Shown in pieces: positions 1 through 9,348 of a DNA stretch of 64,000 bases. The stretch is taken from positions 128,485 through 192,484 of IMG/VR virus record IMGVR_UViG_3300049571_000380, one strand, 5' to 3'. The stretch's first letter is position 1. Each line of letters begins with the position of its first letter. Position numbers and translations under genes: made by a program. Below the pieces are notes generated by a model. It saw only the letters and a program-made list of their open reading frames with translations. It ran no database searches and had not been told where the DNA came from. Source of the stretch: a virus.

Positions 1-428
1 TGAGCGGCATCGCGAAGGCCCTCGGCGTGACGGTCGATGCCCTCTTCCAGGCGAACCGGGACAGGATCAAGGACAAGGACGAGATCTTCCCCGGTCAGGA
101 GCTGGTCGTCCCGAAGGGGTCCGGGCTGCCGAAGCCGGTCAAGCCGAAGGTGGACCTGTCGCAGCTCGTCGCGGCTGCCCGCTCGAACCCGAAGGCTTCC
201 GGCCAGCCGGTCACCTACGCGGGCGTCAAGACGGTCGAGGCCGCCCTGGTGGACGAAGGGCTCCTGTCCAAGACGTACTCGGACGGGCACTACGGAACCA
301 CCACCGTGAGCGCATACGCCGCCTGGCAGAGGCGCTGCGGGTACACCGGAAGTGACGCCGATGGCATCCCCGGAAAGTCGAGTCTCACTAGGCTCGGCGA
401 CAAGCACGGTTTCACTGTCGTCGCGTGA
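1..428 (+). CDS. Endolysin, C-terminal part (LysM plus peptidoglycan-binding domain); 5' end lies outside the window
   Basis: The frame is open from base 3 (SGIAKALGVTVDALFQANRDRIKDKDEIFPGQELVVP, a LysM pattern). It is followed by DGHYGTTT..AYAAWQRR.G...ADGIPG..SL..LG, a PG-binding pattern. Confidence 0.85.
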   Translation, partial: SGIAKALGVTVDALFQANRDRIKDKDEIFPGQELVVPKGSGLPKPVKPKVDLSQLVAAARSNPKASGQPVTYAGVKTVEAALVDEGLLSKTYSDGHYGTTTVSAYAAWQRRCGYTGSDADGIPGKSSLTRLGDKHGFTVVA

Positions 429-445
429 CCACGAAAGGTGGCCAA

Positions 446-823
446 ATGCGTATCTTCGGTCGTGAGCCGGTGTACATCCTGGCTTTCGTCGCCGTCGCCC
501 TGAAGCTGGGGTCGGCGTACGGGCTGGATGTCTCCGATGAAATGCAGGGCGCCATCATGGCGTTCCTGAGCCTGGTGGTCGCGCTCGTCGAGGCGGTCGT
601 CCTGAAGACCGGTGCCGTCGGCGCCGCCGTGATCAACCTGGCACAGGGTGCCCTGGCCCTCTTCCTCGCCTTCGGGCTGGACATGAGCGCAGAGCAGCAG
701 GCCCTGTGGATGCTGATCGTCGAGAGTGCGGTCGCGCTGTGGCTGCGTGAGAAGGTCACGGCACCGGTCGTCTCCGTACCGATCGAACAGAAGGCGCCCG
801 CCGCCCTCAGCCGGGCGGCCTGA
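446..823 (+). CDS. Holin-like membrane protein
   Basis: ATG at 446 after AAAGGTGG; several hydrophobic segments; directly downstream of the lysin. Confidence 0.7.
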   Translation: MRIFGREPVYILAFVAVALKLGSAYGLDVSDEMQGAIMAFLSLVVALVEAVVLKTGAVGAAVINLAQGALALFLAFGLDMSAEQQALWMLIVESAVALWLREKVTAPVVSVPIEQKAPAALSRAA

Positions 824-1257
824 TGGCCACGGCGATCCGGCGGCTGTACAAGAGGCTGGGTCGCCGTGGCACCGCACTCGTACTCCTGGGCCTGGGCAAG
901 GTGTGCTTCGGCCTGGGGTACGCCCTCGATCCGGGCCCGAGCCCGGCAGGTCTGGGGCTCCTCGACAGGCATGGCGGCGTTCAGTGCTGGTCGTCGGTCT
1001 GGATCATCTGCGGCGCCATCACCTTCGGGTGTGCCTGGCTCCGCATCGGGAGGGATTGGCTCGGTTTCTTCACCGCGCTGACCCCTCCCCTGGTGTGGGG
1101 TTCCACGTTCCTCTGGAGTGCGGTCTCCGGCGAATATCCCAGAGGGTTCGCCCTCGCCGTGTGGTACGCGATAAGCCACATCGGCATCATCCTGTGGGCT
1201 GCGGCGGTACCCGAGTACTCCGTGCCCCGCCAGACCCTCCAGAAGGAGCGAAGATGA
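823..1257 (+). CDS. Multi-pass membrane protein of the lysis cassette
   Basis: TGATG coupling; basic N-terminus then about 4 hydrophobic segments. Confidence 0.75.
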   Translation: MATAIRRLYKRLGRRGTALVLLGLGKVCFGLGYALDPGPSPAGLGLLDRHGGVQCWSSVWIICGAITFGCAWLRIGRDWLGFFTALTPPLVWGSTFLWSAVSGEYPRGFALAVWYAISHIGIILWAAAVPEYSVPRQTLQKERR

Positions 1258-1628
1258 GCGAAAACTGGGGGGCTGTCCTGCCCGTCGTCGGGGCCGTCCT
1301 GGGAGCAGTCGCGCTCCTCGGTTCTGGCCTTTTTGCCGCCCGCGCAACCAAGGCGGCAGCCAAGATGACCGCCGAGGCCCAGCGGGCGACCGCCCTGGCC
1401 AACGCGGAACCGGCTCAGCGGCAGCAGGATCTGGCGACGTTCCGGGAGATCCGGGACGGCCTCGAACGGAAGCTGGAGCGGCACGAGGGGCGCATCGACA
1501 GCCTCACGTCGCTGGTCCGGGCGTTCTCCTGGTACGTCTCGGAGCTGACCGGACAGATGCGCTCGCACGGCATCGAGCCCCCGGCTCCGCCGGAGAGGAT
1601 CGTCGAGTACAACCGCAACGGAACCTGA
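1254..1628 (+). CDS. Membrane-anchored coiled-coil protein of the lysis cassette
   Basis: ATGA overlap at 1254; one N-terminal TM segment then an amphipathic helical region. Confidence 0.75.
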   Translation: MSENWGAVLPVVGAVLGAVALLGSGLFAARATKAAAKMTAEAQRATALANAEPAQRQQDLATFREIRDGLERKLERHEGRIDSLTSLVRAFSWYVSELTGQMRSHGIEPPAPPERIVEYNRNGT

Positions 1629-1629
1629 C

Positions 1630-1661
1630 GAAGGGCCCGGCCGGGGGAGGTCGGGCCCTTC
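1630..1661. terminator. Bidirectional intrinsic terminator
   Basis: GAAGGGCCCG / CGGGCCCTTC inverted repeat between convergent genes. Confidence 0.8.
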
Positions 1662-1666
1662 TGAGT

Positions 1667-1975
1667 TCAGCGCCTGCGCAGGGCTCCGCCGTTCACGATG
1701 GAGCCACGGGGGAGACCTGACTCGCCCGGCTTGCCGTCGTTCATGCGGAGGTACCCCTTCACACCGGAGCCGCCCGACGCGGTGCTCCCCGGGACGGTCC
1801 GCCGATCGCCCCAGGGCAAGTCGGGGAACTCGGTCCGGGCCTTGGCCAGGCGCCCGCTGACCGTCTGCGGGGAGCAGTCGAACGCGATGGAGAGGTCAAG
1901 CTGGGATTCCCCGGCCAGCCATCGTTCCGCGAGCACGCGGTTGTCGATGTCCGGCCTCTTCACTCGTCCGTCCAC
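1667..1975 (-). CDS. Small HTH-like DNA-binding protein
   Basis: GESQLDLSIAFDCSPQTVSGRLAKAR resembles a sigma region-4-type HTH; start (1975 or 1963) uncertain. Confidence 0.6.
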   Translation of the reverse strand: MDGRVKRPDIDNRVLAERWLAGESQLDLSIAFDCSPQTVSGRLAKARTEFPDLPWGDRRTVPGSTASGGSGVKGYLRMNDGKPGESGLPRGSIVNGGALRRR

Positions 1976-2502
1976 TGCACCCCCTTTGCCCACCCCGCCT
2001 TGTGCTCCCTGAGTTCGGTGGTCAGGGACGGGTTCACAATTCTCAGGATCTCGTAGATGTCCGAGGCGTGCAGGTGCGGCCACATCATCTGCCGGGCTTC
2101 TCGGTACTTGCCCTCCAGGCGCTCTCGGGTGGCTCCGTCGAGGTGCTTGAGGCGGTCAGGCAGGGAATTGTGGGCGTTGTCGCTGGTCTTCACCAGCATG
2201 GCCGCGTAGCCGCCCGCGATGACCCGCTCGATCTGCTCGCGCTTTGTCGAGCCCGGCACCTTCGTGACTGCGTCGATGATCTCCAGGGAGATCTCGGTGA
2301 CGCCTGCCGCTCGCAGTGATTCCAGAGTCTCACTGGTGTCCTCGACGACGTCGTGCAGCACTCCGGCAACCCGAATGGGCTCGGAGAAAGACGCGAGACC
2401 GGCGGAGACCGCTCGCACATGCTCGATGTACGGCACCCCGTTCTTGTCGAACTGATCCTTGTGTGCCTTGGTCGCGATGATGTCGGCCTCCCAGGTGCGC
2501 AT
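1960..2502 (-). CDS. HD-domain phosphohydrolase, SpoT/Mesh1-like (p)ppGpp hydrolase family
   Basis: AHKDQFDKNGVPYIEH, VLHDVVEDT and VKTSDNAHN motifs; TAATG coupling to the helicase. Confidence 0.85.
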   Translation of the reverse strand: MRTWEADIIATKAHKDQFDKNGVPYIEHVRAVSAGLASFSEPIRVAGVLHDVVEDTSETLESLRAAGVTEISLEIIDAVTKVPGSTKREQIERVIAGGYAAMLVKTSDNAHNSLPDRLKHLDGATRERLEGKYREARQMMWPHLHASDIYEILRIVNPSLTTELREHKAGWAKGVQWTDE

Positions 2503-4148
2503 TACACATTCTCCTTTTCCGAGTCGTCCCGGTAGATCGATTTCATCCGGGCTCGCTTTTCCAGGTTGTTCACGTAAACCTCGTCGTCGATCGTGCCGAC
2601 GGACGTGAAACGCCAGCGCTGTACCGGCGATGTCTGACCGGGTCGGTGCAGGCGCCCCTCCGCCTGTTCGTTCATCACGTTGTCCTCGGTGTACGAAACG
2701 ATCGCCTCGTACCGGCAGACGTCCTTCAGCCAGTCGACGCCCTCCGACAGGGACTGAAGCTGGGCGATCAGCACCCGCCACTGCGTGCCGAAGCCGGATT
2801 CAATCTGCTTCCGCTTGGCCGCCGTGGTCTTCATCGTCCAGGCAACGGACTGCGCCCCGAGCGCCTTCTCCGCCATCCGGGCCCAGCGCGCCGAGTGCGT
2901 CCACACCAGCAAGGGCTCCTCCGGCGGCAGGTCGGCGAGGAGGTCGATCAGGGCCGTCAGCTTCGGCTGCGGGGCGTTCTCCTCGTAGGACACCTCCAGC
3001 TTGTCGACCGCGTAGGACACATGGATCTTGAGCTGGCCCGTCTCCTCGTCGGTCTTCTCCTCCAGCACCTTGAGGTCGTACACCTTGGCGTCCATGCGCA
3101 GCTCGAAGTGCTTCTGCGGGGTCACCCAGCTCTTCTTCCGGGTGGTCACCTCATCGGCCCGGAGAGTCCCGAGTGCCGCCTGCCGCAGGCGGGTGCGCTG
3201 CTCGACAGGGAGCGGAGCCGCAACGGGCTGCTCGGCCAGCCACGCCAGCGACTGGCTTTCGAAGTCGCGGTACTGCTCAAGCTGCTCCGTGCCGAGCTGG
3301 ACAAGGATCTCCCGCTCGATGACTGGGGGGAGCTGGTCGACGACCTCTTCCGTGCGGTACCGGACCACGGCCGGGATGTCGCGCCAGACGCCGCCGGGAA
3401 CAAGCTCGTCCCCGACGGTCTCCACCTCGACCTTCTTGCCCGCCTTGTAGTAGCTCTTGTCGTCCATGTGGAAGTGCCTGCGGGCCCAGTCGCGGAACGC
3501 CGGATACCTCTCGGGCCACACCAGGTTGAGCGGCGTCCACAGGCCCTCCGGCTTGTTGCCGCCCGGAGTCGCCGACAGGAGCAGCCAGCGGTCTGCCTTG
3601 ATGCACTTCAGGACGTGCCGGGGAACACCGTGCCTGTTCACCATCCGGTGTGACTCGTCGAGGATGACGAGATCCCAGGTACCGGTCCTGGTCCACGGCG
3701 GGACGGTGCCCTCCTTCATCGCCTTCAGGGCCGCCGCCTTGGTGGCCTTGGGCTCCTTGGCCAGAGCGTTGCGTCCATTGGATGCCCGGCGCCGGATGTC
3801 CTCCGGGATGCCGCCGTGCATGGCGTTCCAGCCGATGATGAAGACGCCGGGCGGCTTGGTGCGGGAGGTCAGTGCCGACCAGTTCTCGGTGTCCTTGCGA
3901 TGCGTGCCGAGCAGCCGGGTGAGGCCCTTCTCGGCGAGCGATGGGAACTGCTCCTCGAAGGTGCGCTGCCACTGGCCGAGGGTGTTGATCGGGGCGACGA
4001 CGAGAACGCGAGGCATGCGGCCGAGCTTGAGCAGGCGTACCGCCTCGACGCTGGTGACGGTCTTACCGGCACCGAGGCCGGAGGCGTTGATGCCACCTCC
4101 GGCCAGGATGCGCCGCGTCTCCTCCTGGTAGGGACGCAGGGTTTTCAC
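2502..4148 (-). CDS. SNF2-type (SF2) DNA helicase
   Basis: LRPYQ, GLGAGKT (Walker A), ILDESH, LLLSATP, QAEGRLHRPGQ. Confidence 0.9.
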   Translation of the reverse strand: MKTLRPYQEETRRILAGGGINASGLGAGKTVTSVEAVRLLKLGRMPRVLVVAPINTLGQWQRTFEEQFPSLAEKGLTRLLGTHRKDTENWSALTSRTKPPGVFIIGWNAMHGGIPEDIRRRASNGRNALAKEPKATKAAALKAMKEGTVPPWTRTGTWDLVILDESHRMVNRHGVPRHVLKCIKADRWLLLSATPGGNKPEGLWTPLNLVWPERYPAFRDWARRHFHMDDKSYYKAGKKVEVETVGDELVPGGVWRDIPAVVRYRTEEVVDQLPPVIEREILVQLGTEQLEQYRDFESQSLAWLAEQPVAAPLPVEQRTRLRQAALGTLRADEVTTRKKSWVTPQKHFELRMDAKVYDLKVLEEKTDEETGQLKIHVSYAVDKLEVSYEENAPQPKLTALIDLLADLPPEEPLLVWTHSARWARMAEKALGAQSVAWTMKTTAAKRKQIESGFGTQWRVLIAQLQSLSEGVDWLKDVCRYEAIVSYTEDNVMNEQAEGRLHRPGQTSPVQRWRFTSVGTIDDEVYVNNLEKRARMKSIYRDDSEKENV

Positions 4149-4429
4149 GCGCGCTTCTCCAGTTCGTTGACCGGTGCCTGGCCCTTCTGCCGCAGGTGCG
4201 CCTTCATGACGGTGGCGGCCACGGACTCGCTCACGTAGGTGTCGTTGGGCACGTCGCCGCTCAGGTCCACCCACGAGTAGCCGTCGTGGCTGTACTCCGC
4301 CTCGGGGTCGCGAGGGACGTGGAACGTCCAGCCGACGACGCGCTTCGCCATCGGAAGGCCCGACGTGACGGGGCGGAAACCGCTCGCCCTGGGGTGGACC
4401 TTGGTCGCGTCCTCTTCGTGCTTCAGCAC
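4145..4429 (-). CDS. Hypothetical protein
   Basis: Coupled ORF in a dense operon. Confidence 0.65.
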   Translation of the reverse strand: MLKHEEDATKVHPRASGFRPVTSGLPMAKRVVGWTFHVPRDPEAEYSHDGYSWVDLSGDVPNDTYVSESVAATVMKAHLRQKGQAPVNELEKRA

Positions 4430-4749
4430 GGCTTCTCCTCCTGGTCTGCCGCCCGGCGGCGGGCGACTTCCTTGTAGGCGGCGCGCACCACCGCGTCGCC
4501 CCAGTCTTCCCTGATCGTTCGGATCGCCTGGTTCAGGCGGTCGCGCAGCTCGATGACCGCTTCCAGGTTCAGGTGCGGGTCGGGGCTGCCGTGATCACCC
4601 TTCTCGAAGTAGAGCCGCAGGTGCGGGTTCTCGGCGGCCGACGAGTCCTGAACGGTGAGCTTGCCGCCGTCACGCATGACGACCTTGCTGCCGCCGTACA
4701 TCCGCAGGCCCCGGCCTCCGCCCATGTCGGAGGGTTCCTTCAGAGGCAT
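4423..4749 (-). CDS. Hypothetical protein
   Basis: Coupled ORF; start uncertain (4749, 4725 or 4701). Confidence 0.65.
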   Translation of the reverse strand: MPLKEPSDMGGGRGLRMYGGSKVVMRDGGKLTVQDSSAAENPHLRLYFEKGDHGSPDPHLNLEAVIELRDRLNQAIRTIREDWGDAVVRAAYKEVARRRAADQEEKPC

Positions 4750-4985
4750 GCGAACACCGCCGCAGACTCGGCGTCACCCGCGAGGCCGAGGTCGCCCGCC
4801 ATGTCGGCGAGGTCGTACGGCCACATCTTGTTGGTGTACGTGATGACGACCGTGTCCCCGTCACGCTGGACGGAGTTCTTTCCGCGCCGCTCGGCGGGAA
4901 CCTCCTCAGCCCTTCTCACGACCTCCTTGGCCGATTCCTCGTCCAGGCACACCAGCCGGACTTCCGGCAGCTTCTCACCCTCCAT
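4740..4985 (-). CDS. Hypothetical protein
   Basis: Coupled ORF. Confidence 0.65.
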   Translation of the reverse strand: MEGEKLPEVRLVCLDEESAKEVVRRAEEVPAERRGKNSVQRDGDTVVITYTNKMWPYDLADMAGDLGLAGDAESAAVFACL

Positions 4986-5148
4986 GGGCCTGCATCCTTT
5001 CCGCGTCGCGCAGCTTCCAGCTCAGGAACGCCACGGCCCCCTGCCGGGCGACCGCGTCCTCCATCGTGTGCGAGCTTTCACCCTCGGCTTCAGCCAGGAG
5101 TTCTCGTATGACCCTGATGCGTTCCGGGTCGCTTTCCGTTTCGGCCAT
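4975..5148 (-). CDS. Hypothetical protein (57 aa, not in ORF track)
   Basis: GAAAGGAACGCC-ATG; MAETESDPERIRVIRELLAE...; fills the gap between neighbouring genes. Confidence 0.6.
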   Translation of the reverse strand: MAETESDPERIRVIRELLAEAEGESSHTMEDAVARQGAVAFLSWKLRDAERMQAHGG

Positions 5149-5182
5149 GGCGTTCCTTTCTCGCTGAGCGCCCAGCCTATTT

Positions 5183-5392
5183 CTAGCCGATCTGACTCAG
5201 CATCCCTGCGGTGCCCTTAACCGCGTCAAGAGCAACCTGACCGGTGTTCGTTCCTGCGATGAGAAGCCCGAAAACCAGCACCAGAACTGCCGTGACTTGC
5301 ACACTGCCCGAGCTGCGCGGCTCCGACGAAGGGCGGAGGCGGAAGAACAGGACGATCGCGAGAAGTACCGCCAGGTCGATGTGGATGTTCAT
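5183..5392 (-). CDS. Small two-TM membrane protein
   Basis: GAGGAGGGG RBS; two hydrophobic segments. Confidence 0.7.
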   Translation of the reverse strand: MNIHIDLAVLLAIVLFFRLRPSSEPRSSGSVQVTAVLVLVFGLLIAGTNTGQVALDAVKGTAGMLSQIG

Positions 5393-5407
5393 GGCCCCTC
5401 CTCGGGG

Positions 5408-5635
5408 CTACCGGCTCAGGACCGCCCTCACCCAGGAGGGCGAGAAGCAGTGGGACGGATGGTTGAACCCGATGCCGCAGCAGGTGCACAGCCGCAACCC
5501 GATGAACCAGTGCGAAACCTGCGGGGGCCGGGTGTCGGCCGACTCACAGTGATCCGCTTCGACCTGCCCGCAGTTCGGGAAGAGGCAGTGGACTTCACCA
5601 CGGAAGACGTGGTCCACGATCAGCTTCAGTGCCAC
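5408..5635 (-). CDS. Cys/His-rich small protein (putative metal-binding)
   Basis: HCLFPNC, CTCCG and HPSHC motifs; GTG start inferred. Confidence 0.55.
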   Translation of the reverse strand: MALKLIVDHVFRGEVHCLFPNCGQVEADHCESADTRPPQVSHWFIGLRLCTCCGIGFNHPSHCFSPSWVRAVLSR

Positions 5636-6123
5636 CTGCGCCGCACCTCCTCGATCAGCGGGAAAGTCTCGGGCGAGGTCATCATCTGGTGCGCATGAGC
5701 CACGCAACGTTCCAGGCTCTCGATCTTGTTTCCCTTGGACACAGCCAGGACGAACGGGGCCGCAAGTCCGCAGGGACCGAGCACCTTGTCGCCGAAGGCT
5801 TCGGTGAGTGCCGCCTTGCAGGTGCCGCCACGGTTGGACGTGGTGGCCACCCACTCGGTGACGAACTTCGGTATGGGGCGCACCTCGACCGCCGGGATTT
5901 CCAGGTGATCGCCCCACGTGTCGACGTGAACCTCGGAGGTGTTCGGCTCCAGGTAGGACGCCTTCCAGTAACGGCCCTCATCCTGGAAGACGACGGACCA
6001 CAGGGAGCCGTACTCCTGATGCTCAACGAACTCGCGATGCACGACGAGCTTGCTCATCCCCTCGACGGCGATGTGGTGACGTTCCAGCCACTCGACCGGG
6101 AAGATGCGGACGTTCGGCTTCAT
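5626..6123 (-). CDS. Hypothetical protein
   Basis: Coupled 165-aa ORF. Confidence 0.7.
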   Translation of the reverse strand: MKPNVRIFPVEWLERHHIAVEGMSKLVVHREFVEHQEYGSLWSVVFQDEGRYWKASYLEPNTSEVHVDTWGDHLEIPAVEVRPIPKFVTEWVATTSNRGGTCKAALTEAFGDKVLGPCGLAAPFVLAVSKGNKIESLERCVAHAHQMMTSPETFPLIEEVRRRWH

Positions 6124-6359
6124 CCCTTGCGCTCCGGCATCGCGTTCGACACGGCGATGGCGGCACGGTTCATGGTGCGCCGGACCGGGCCGACCTTCAT
6201 GCCGCCGATGCCCATCGTGGCGATGACACCGGCAGCCGCGACACCGGCCTCGGGGGATCCCGTGACCGCCGCCGCTGTGGCGCCGAGCACCCCGGCGACC
6301 GTGATGGACGTGACGTCGTGAACCACCAGGTGGTCGTCCACGTCCTCGATCGGCTTCAC
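6120..6359 (-). CDS. Small hydrophobic protein
   Basis: GTGA overlap, GGAGAA RBS. Confidence 0.6.
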   Translation of the reverse strand: MKPIEDVDDHLVVHDVTSITVAGVLGATAAAVTGSPEAGVAAAGVIATMGIGGMKVGPVRRTMNRAAIAVSNAMPERKG

Positions 6360-6562
6360 TTCTCCTGCTCCCTTCCGTTGGCGATTTTCTCGATCGCCCG
6401 ATTCAGCCAGTCGGTGTTCACGTACACCACGTAGAACGCGGCCAGGTAGGCGGTGAAGATCCACGGCCCGACCGGTTCCCCGAGCGGGATGGCGACACCG
6501 AATGCGATGCCGACCGACAGGACCATCGCCACCGCGATGTAGCGCAGCTCGTGGGCCTTCAT
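6356..6562 (-). CDS. Small two-TM membrane protein
   Basis: ATGA overlap; two hydrophobic segments. Confidence 0.65.
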   Translation of the reverse strand: MKAHELRYIAVAMVLSVGIAFGVAIPLGEPVGPWIFTAYLAAFYVVYVNTDWLNRAIEKIANGREQEK

Positions 6563-6708
6563 CGCCGCACCCACGCCCTCTGTGAGGTGCTGAGCAGCAC
6601 CATCCAGCAGGCGAAGACCCACACCAGCGCCATGAAGAATCCAGTCTCCTCATTGATCCAGAGGGCGGGGCCCATCACGGCGGCCATCTTGAGCAGGTGC
6701 GCCATCAC
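6559..6708 (-). CDS. Small membrane protein
   Basis: GTGA overlap; hydrophobic. Confidence 0.5.
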   Translation of the reverse strand: MMAHLLKMAAVMGPALWINEETGFFMALVWVFACWMVLLSTSQRAWVRR

Positions 6709-7013
6709 GTTCCCTCGGAGTCGAAGAGGGCACCCTGGTCCTGGTGACCGCCGGGCGGCTGCCCTCCGTTGTCGATGAGGGCCCAGTGCGCCGCAGGGTC
6801 GCTCAGTCCGAGCCGGTGTGCCAGCCACTCACGCAGCAGCGGGAGCTGGTCGCCGGTCCAGGCCGAGTTCTCCTGGCGGGGCCGGTCGCCGTAGCGCACG
6901 GAGGCTGCGGGCATGGGGAAGGCCGCCGTCGGCCGGTCGACCCAGTTGGTGACGGTCGACTTGCTGACGCCGAGGTGCTTCCCCACGTAGGTGGTGTCGT
7001 AGAAGGTCTGCAC
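6705..7013 (-). CDS. HTH DNA-binding protein
   Basis: YVGKHLGVSKSTVTNWV is a typical HTH recognition segment. Confidence 0.75.
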   Translation of the reverse strand: MQTFYDTTYVGKHLGVSKSTVTNWVDRPTAAFPMPAASVRYGDRPRQENSAWTGDQLPLLREWLAHRLGLSDPAAHWALIDNGGQPPGGHQDQGALFDSEGT

Positions 7014-7066
7014 GTGCTTCCCCTTTCGGCCTAGGCCAGCTTAGCACAGACGTGGGCCGGTTGACC

Positions 7067-7095
7067 TCAACCTCGTTGGAATTCCTCGGCGTTGA
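7067..7095. promoter_or_regulatory. TCAA-N21-TTGA motif copy (overlaps a gene end; could be coincidental)
   Basis: TCAACC-N17-CGTTGA, just upstream of the promoter region of 6705..7013. Confidence 0.4.
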
Positions 7096-7465
7096 GCAGG
7101 CTGCGATCGAGCAGTTCGGCCACCTGGCGCAGCGTCTCGGTGGAGTACCGGTCCAGGCCGTCTTTCCCGTGGCCGACGATCCGGGCTTCGATCCCCAGAT
7201 CGCGCAGACGGGACTTCACGCTCGCCCGGATCTGCTCATTGGCTACCTCGGTCAGCGTCTTGAAGTACTGGTGGTAGGCGCCCTGCTGGGCAGACCGGTC
7301 CTCCTTGCTGAAGGGGACCGGCTTGAAACCGTAGGCCGACTCGATGAAGATCCGCTTCGTGCCAATGCTCGTGACGGCCAGCTCGCGCTGACTGTTTCCG
7401 TCGAACACGACAACCTTGCTTCCGACCGTCAGAACCTCTCCGCCGGTCTCGAACGAATTCGCCAT
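7067..7465 (-). CDS. Hypothetical protein
   Basis: GGAGAG RBS; its own upstream promoter/operator region. Confidence 0.75.
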   Translation of the reverse strand: MANSFETGGEVLTVGSKVVVFDGNSQRELAVTSIGTKRIFIESAYGFKPVPFSKEDRSAQQGAYHQYFKTLTEVANEQIRASVKSRLRDLGIEARIVGHGKDGLDRYSTETLRQVAELLDRSLLNAEEFQRG

Positions 7466-7484
7466 TCGTCTCTCCTGCCTTTCC

Positions 7485-7513
7485 TCAACTTATCCAATCT
7501 TAGCGGAAGTTGA
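7485..7513. promoter_or_regulatory. Palindromic operator-like motif
   Basis: TCAACT-N17-AGTTGA enclosing a minus-strand -10-like TAAGAT. Confidence 0.65.
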
Positions 7514-7529
7514 GGGGCATGGAAACACG

Positions 7530-7558
7530 AAGGCCCCCTCCGGCGGGGAGGGGGCCTT
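7530..7558 (-). terminator. Intrinsic terminator after the TROVE gene
   Basis: AAGGCCCCCTCC / GGAGGGGGCCTT hairpin. Confidence 0.75.
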
Positions 7559-7630
7559 GTGCCCTACGTCACTGCATCCACGGCCTTCTGGTTGTGAGCT
7601 TCCAGACTCTTCCCATGGGAAGAGTCTAAC

Positions 7631-9319
7631 TTACTGCATCCACGGCCACGGGGAGTTACGCCCCTGCTCCATCAGGTCGATCAGGGAGAACGACGCATCC
7701 GACAGGCCGCCGAAGCAGTTTCGGTTCGTGCCGCCGGTCTCCAGGATCGAGGCCGAGTAGCCCGCCATGTTCCACAGGTAGACCGGGACCGTCTTCGGGA
7801 TCAGGTCGTCGATCTTCGTCTCGGGCATCCCCCCGTTGCGGCCCATGTTCGACGGCAGCATGCCCGGCTGGGACTGCTCGTCGGTCACGATGACCACGCG
7901 GGTGTAGTCGGCCGTGAAGTTGTCCTTCACGGCACGCGGGATGTCCGTACCACTGATCGGCTCGCCGAAGCTCTCGACCACCTTCAGGACGCTGGCGCCG
8001 CGCGGGACGTTGACCCGGCGCGACCCCGGGGCGTTGCGGTCCCAGCCGTTCCACGACCAGCCGGTGCTGCCACCGAACTCGACCAGCGTCGCGTCCTGCG
8101 CCTTCACCGCCAGGCACGCCCCGAAGAGCGCAGCCTGGTCGGCCAGGGTGATGTCCCCCTTGTGCGGGGTGGACCCCTGGTACCCCGGGAACATGCTCGG
8201 CGAGCGGTCCACGAGGATGAGCGTCTTGCCGCGCAGGGCCGGGACCAGCTCCAGCGAAGCAGTCAGGCCACGTTCCAGGGTGTTCCCCCAGCGCAGCGAC
8301 GGGGCCGCGCGGTAGGCCGACAGGAAGCGGTACGGGAAGAGCCGGGCCTTCCGCACCCGCTCACCGTCCGAGAGCACCTTGGCCACGATGTCGGCCGACG
8401 CGTCGGAGATGCCCTCCTCGTCGAAGTTGCGCAGGTTCTTGATCAGCGCGCCCGGCGCCATGGTCGGGATCATCGCCTCCCACAGCAGCTTCTTCTCGAT
8501 CTTGCCACCCAGCTCGGACAGGACGTCCTCCCAGGTGAGACCGGCGTCCTTGAGCACCTGCGGCGCGATGAGGCCCGAGCCGTAGATGTACTCCGCCGAC
8601 GCCTTCTTCGGGACGCTGGCCGCCACCTGCCGCCACTCACGCTGGTTGCGCGTCATCGACAGGCTCGGCGTGATCGCGCCGCCGTGGCCGTGGCGCCGGT
8701 CGAGGATCAGCCGGAACAGGTCCGACTGCCACTGGGCGCTCGGCACCGGGTGGACGATGTCGATCACGTCGGCGAAGCGGATGCCGCGCTTCGGCGAGTC
8801 CCACTTGCCGTACGCGTACTCGGTGTACAGGCGGCTGACGGCCCGCGCCACGCCTCGCTTGACGGCCTTGTAGCGCTTCGGCCACGCCTTGCCCACGATC
8901 ATGAACCAGTACGCCAGGAACTCGCCCGGCTCGTCGGCACGCTGGAGCACGCCGTCGACCATGTCCTCGACACCGTCGTAGCGGTGCGCGTCGCAGAGCG
9001 CCTTGGCTGTCTCGGCCGCGCCGAGGACGGAGGCGGCGCGCATGTAGCCGTCCTGCCGCAGCCACGGGAGCATGCTGGTGACGTGCCCCTGCTCCAGGAG
9101 GGCCACCTGCTGGAGCAGGTCGACGTACCGCTCGTTGCGGTCCTTGGCGCGCTCGTAGAACGCGTCCTTGCCGACGAGGTTGGAGACCGAGAGCAGGTAG
9201 AGGTCCGACAGCGGGCTGCGGGTGAAGCCGCTCGCGCCCTCGAACGTCTTGGTCGTGCCCTCCGTCGCCACCTTCGAGGTGATGCGCGGCTTCGTCGTCG
9301 GCTTGTTGAACGTTGCCAT
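7631..9319 (-). CDS. rsr: Ro60/TROVE-domain RNA-binding protein with C-terminal vWA domain
   Basis: MATFNKP..., EGASGF, PSLRW, LIKNLRNF, VRKARLFPYRFLSAY, then vWA TLILVDRSPSM, GTD and VVIVTDEQ; ATG at 9319. Confidence 0.9.
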   Translation of the reverse strand: MATFNKPTTKPRITSKVATEGTTKTFEGASGFTRSPLSDLYLLSVSNLVGKDAFYERAKDRNERYVDLLQQVALLEQGHVTSMLPWLRQDGYMRAASVLGAAETAKALCDAHRYDGVEDMVDGVLQRADEPGEFLAYWFMIVGKAWPKRYKAVKRGVARAVSRLYTEYAYGKWDSPKRGIRFADVIDIVHPVPSAQWQSDLFRLILDRRHGHGGAITPSLSMTRNQREWRQVAASVPKKASAEYIYGSGLIAPQVLKDAGLTWEDVLSELGGKIEKKLLWEAMIPTMAPGALIKNLRNFDEEGISDASADIVAKVLSDGERVRKARLFPYRFLSAYRAAPSLRWGNTLERGLTASLELVPALRGKTLILVDRSPSMFPGYQGSTPHKGDITLADQAALFGACLAVKAQDATLVEFGGSTGWSWNGWDRNAPGSRRVNVPRGASVLKVVESFGEPISGTDIPRAVKDNFTADYTRVVIVTDEQSQPGMLPSNMGRNGGMPETKIDDLIPKTVPVYLWNMAGYSASILETGGTNRNCFGGLSDASFSLIDLMEQGRNSPWPWMQ

Positions 9320-9348
9320 GACCCTTCTTCCCTTTCCATGAAAATGCG

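Noticed and set aside
1-1661. Lysis cassette with three membrane proteins as a novelty
   Set aside because: This layout is ordinary for actinophages.
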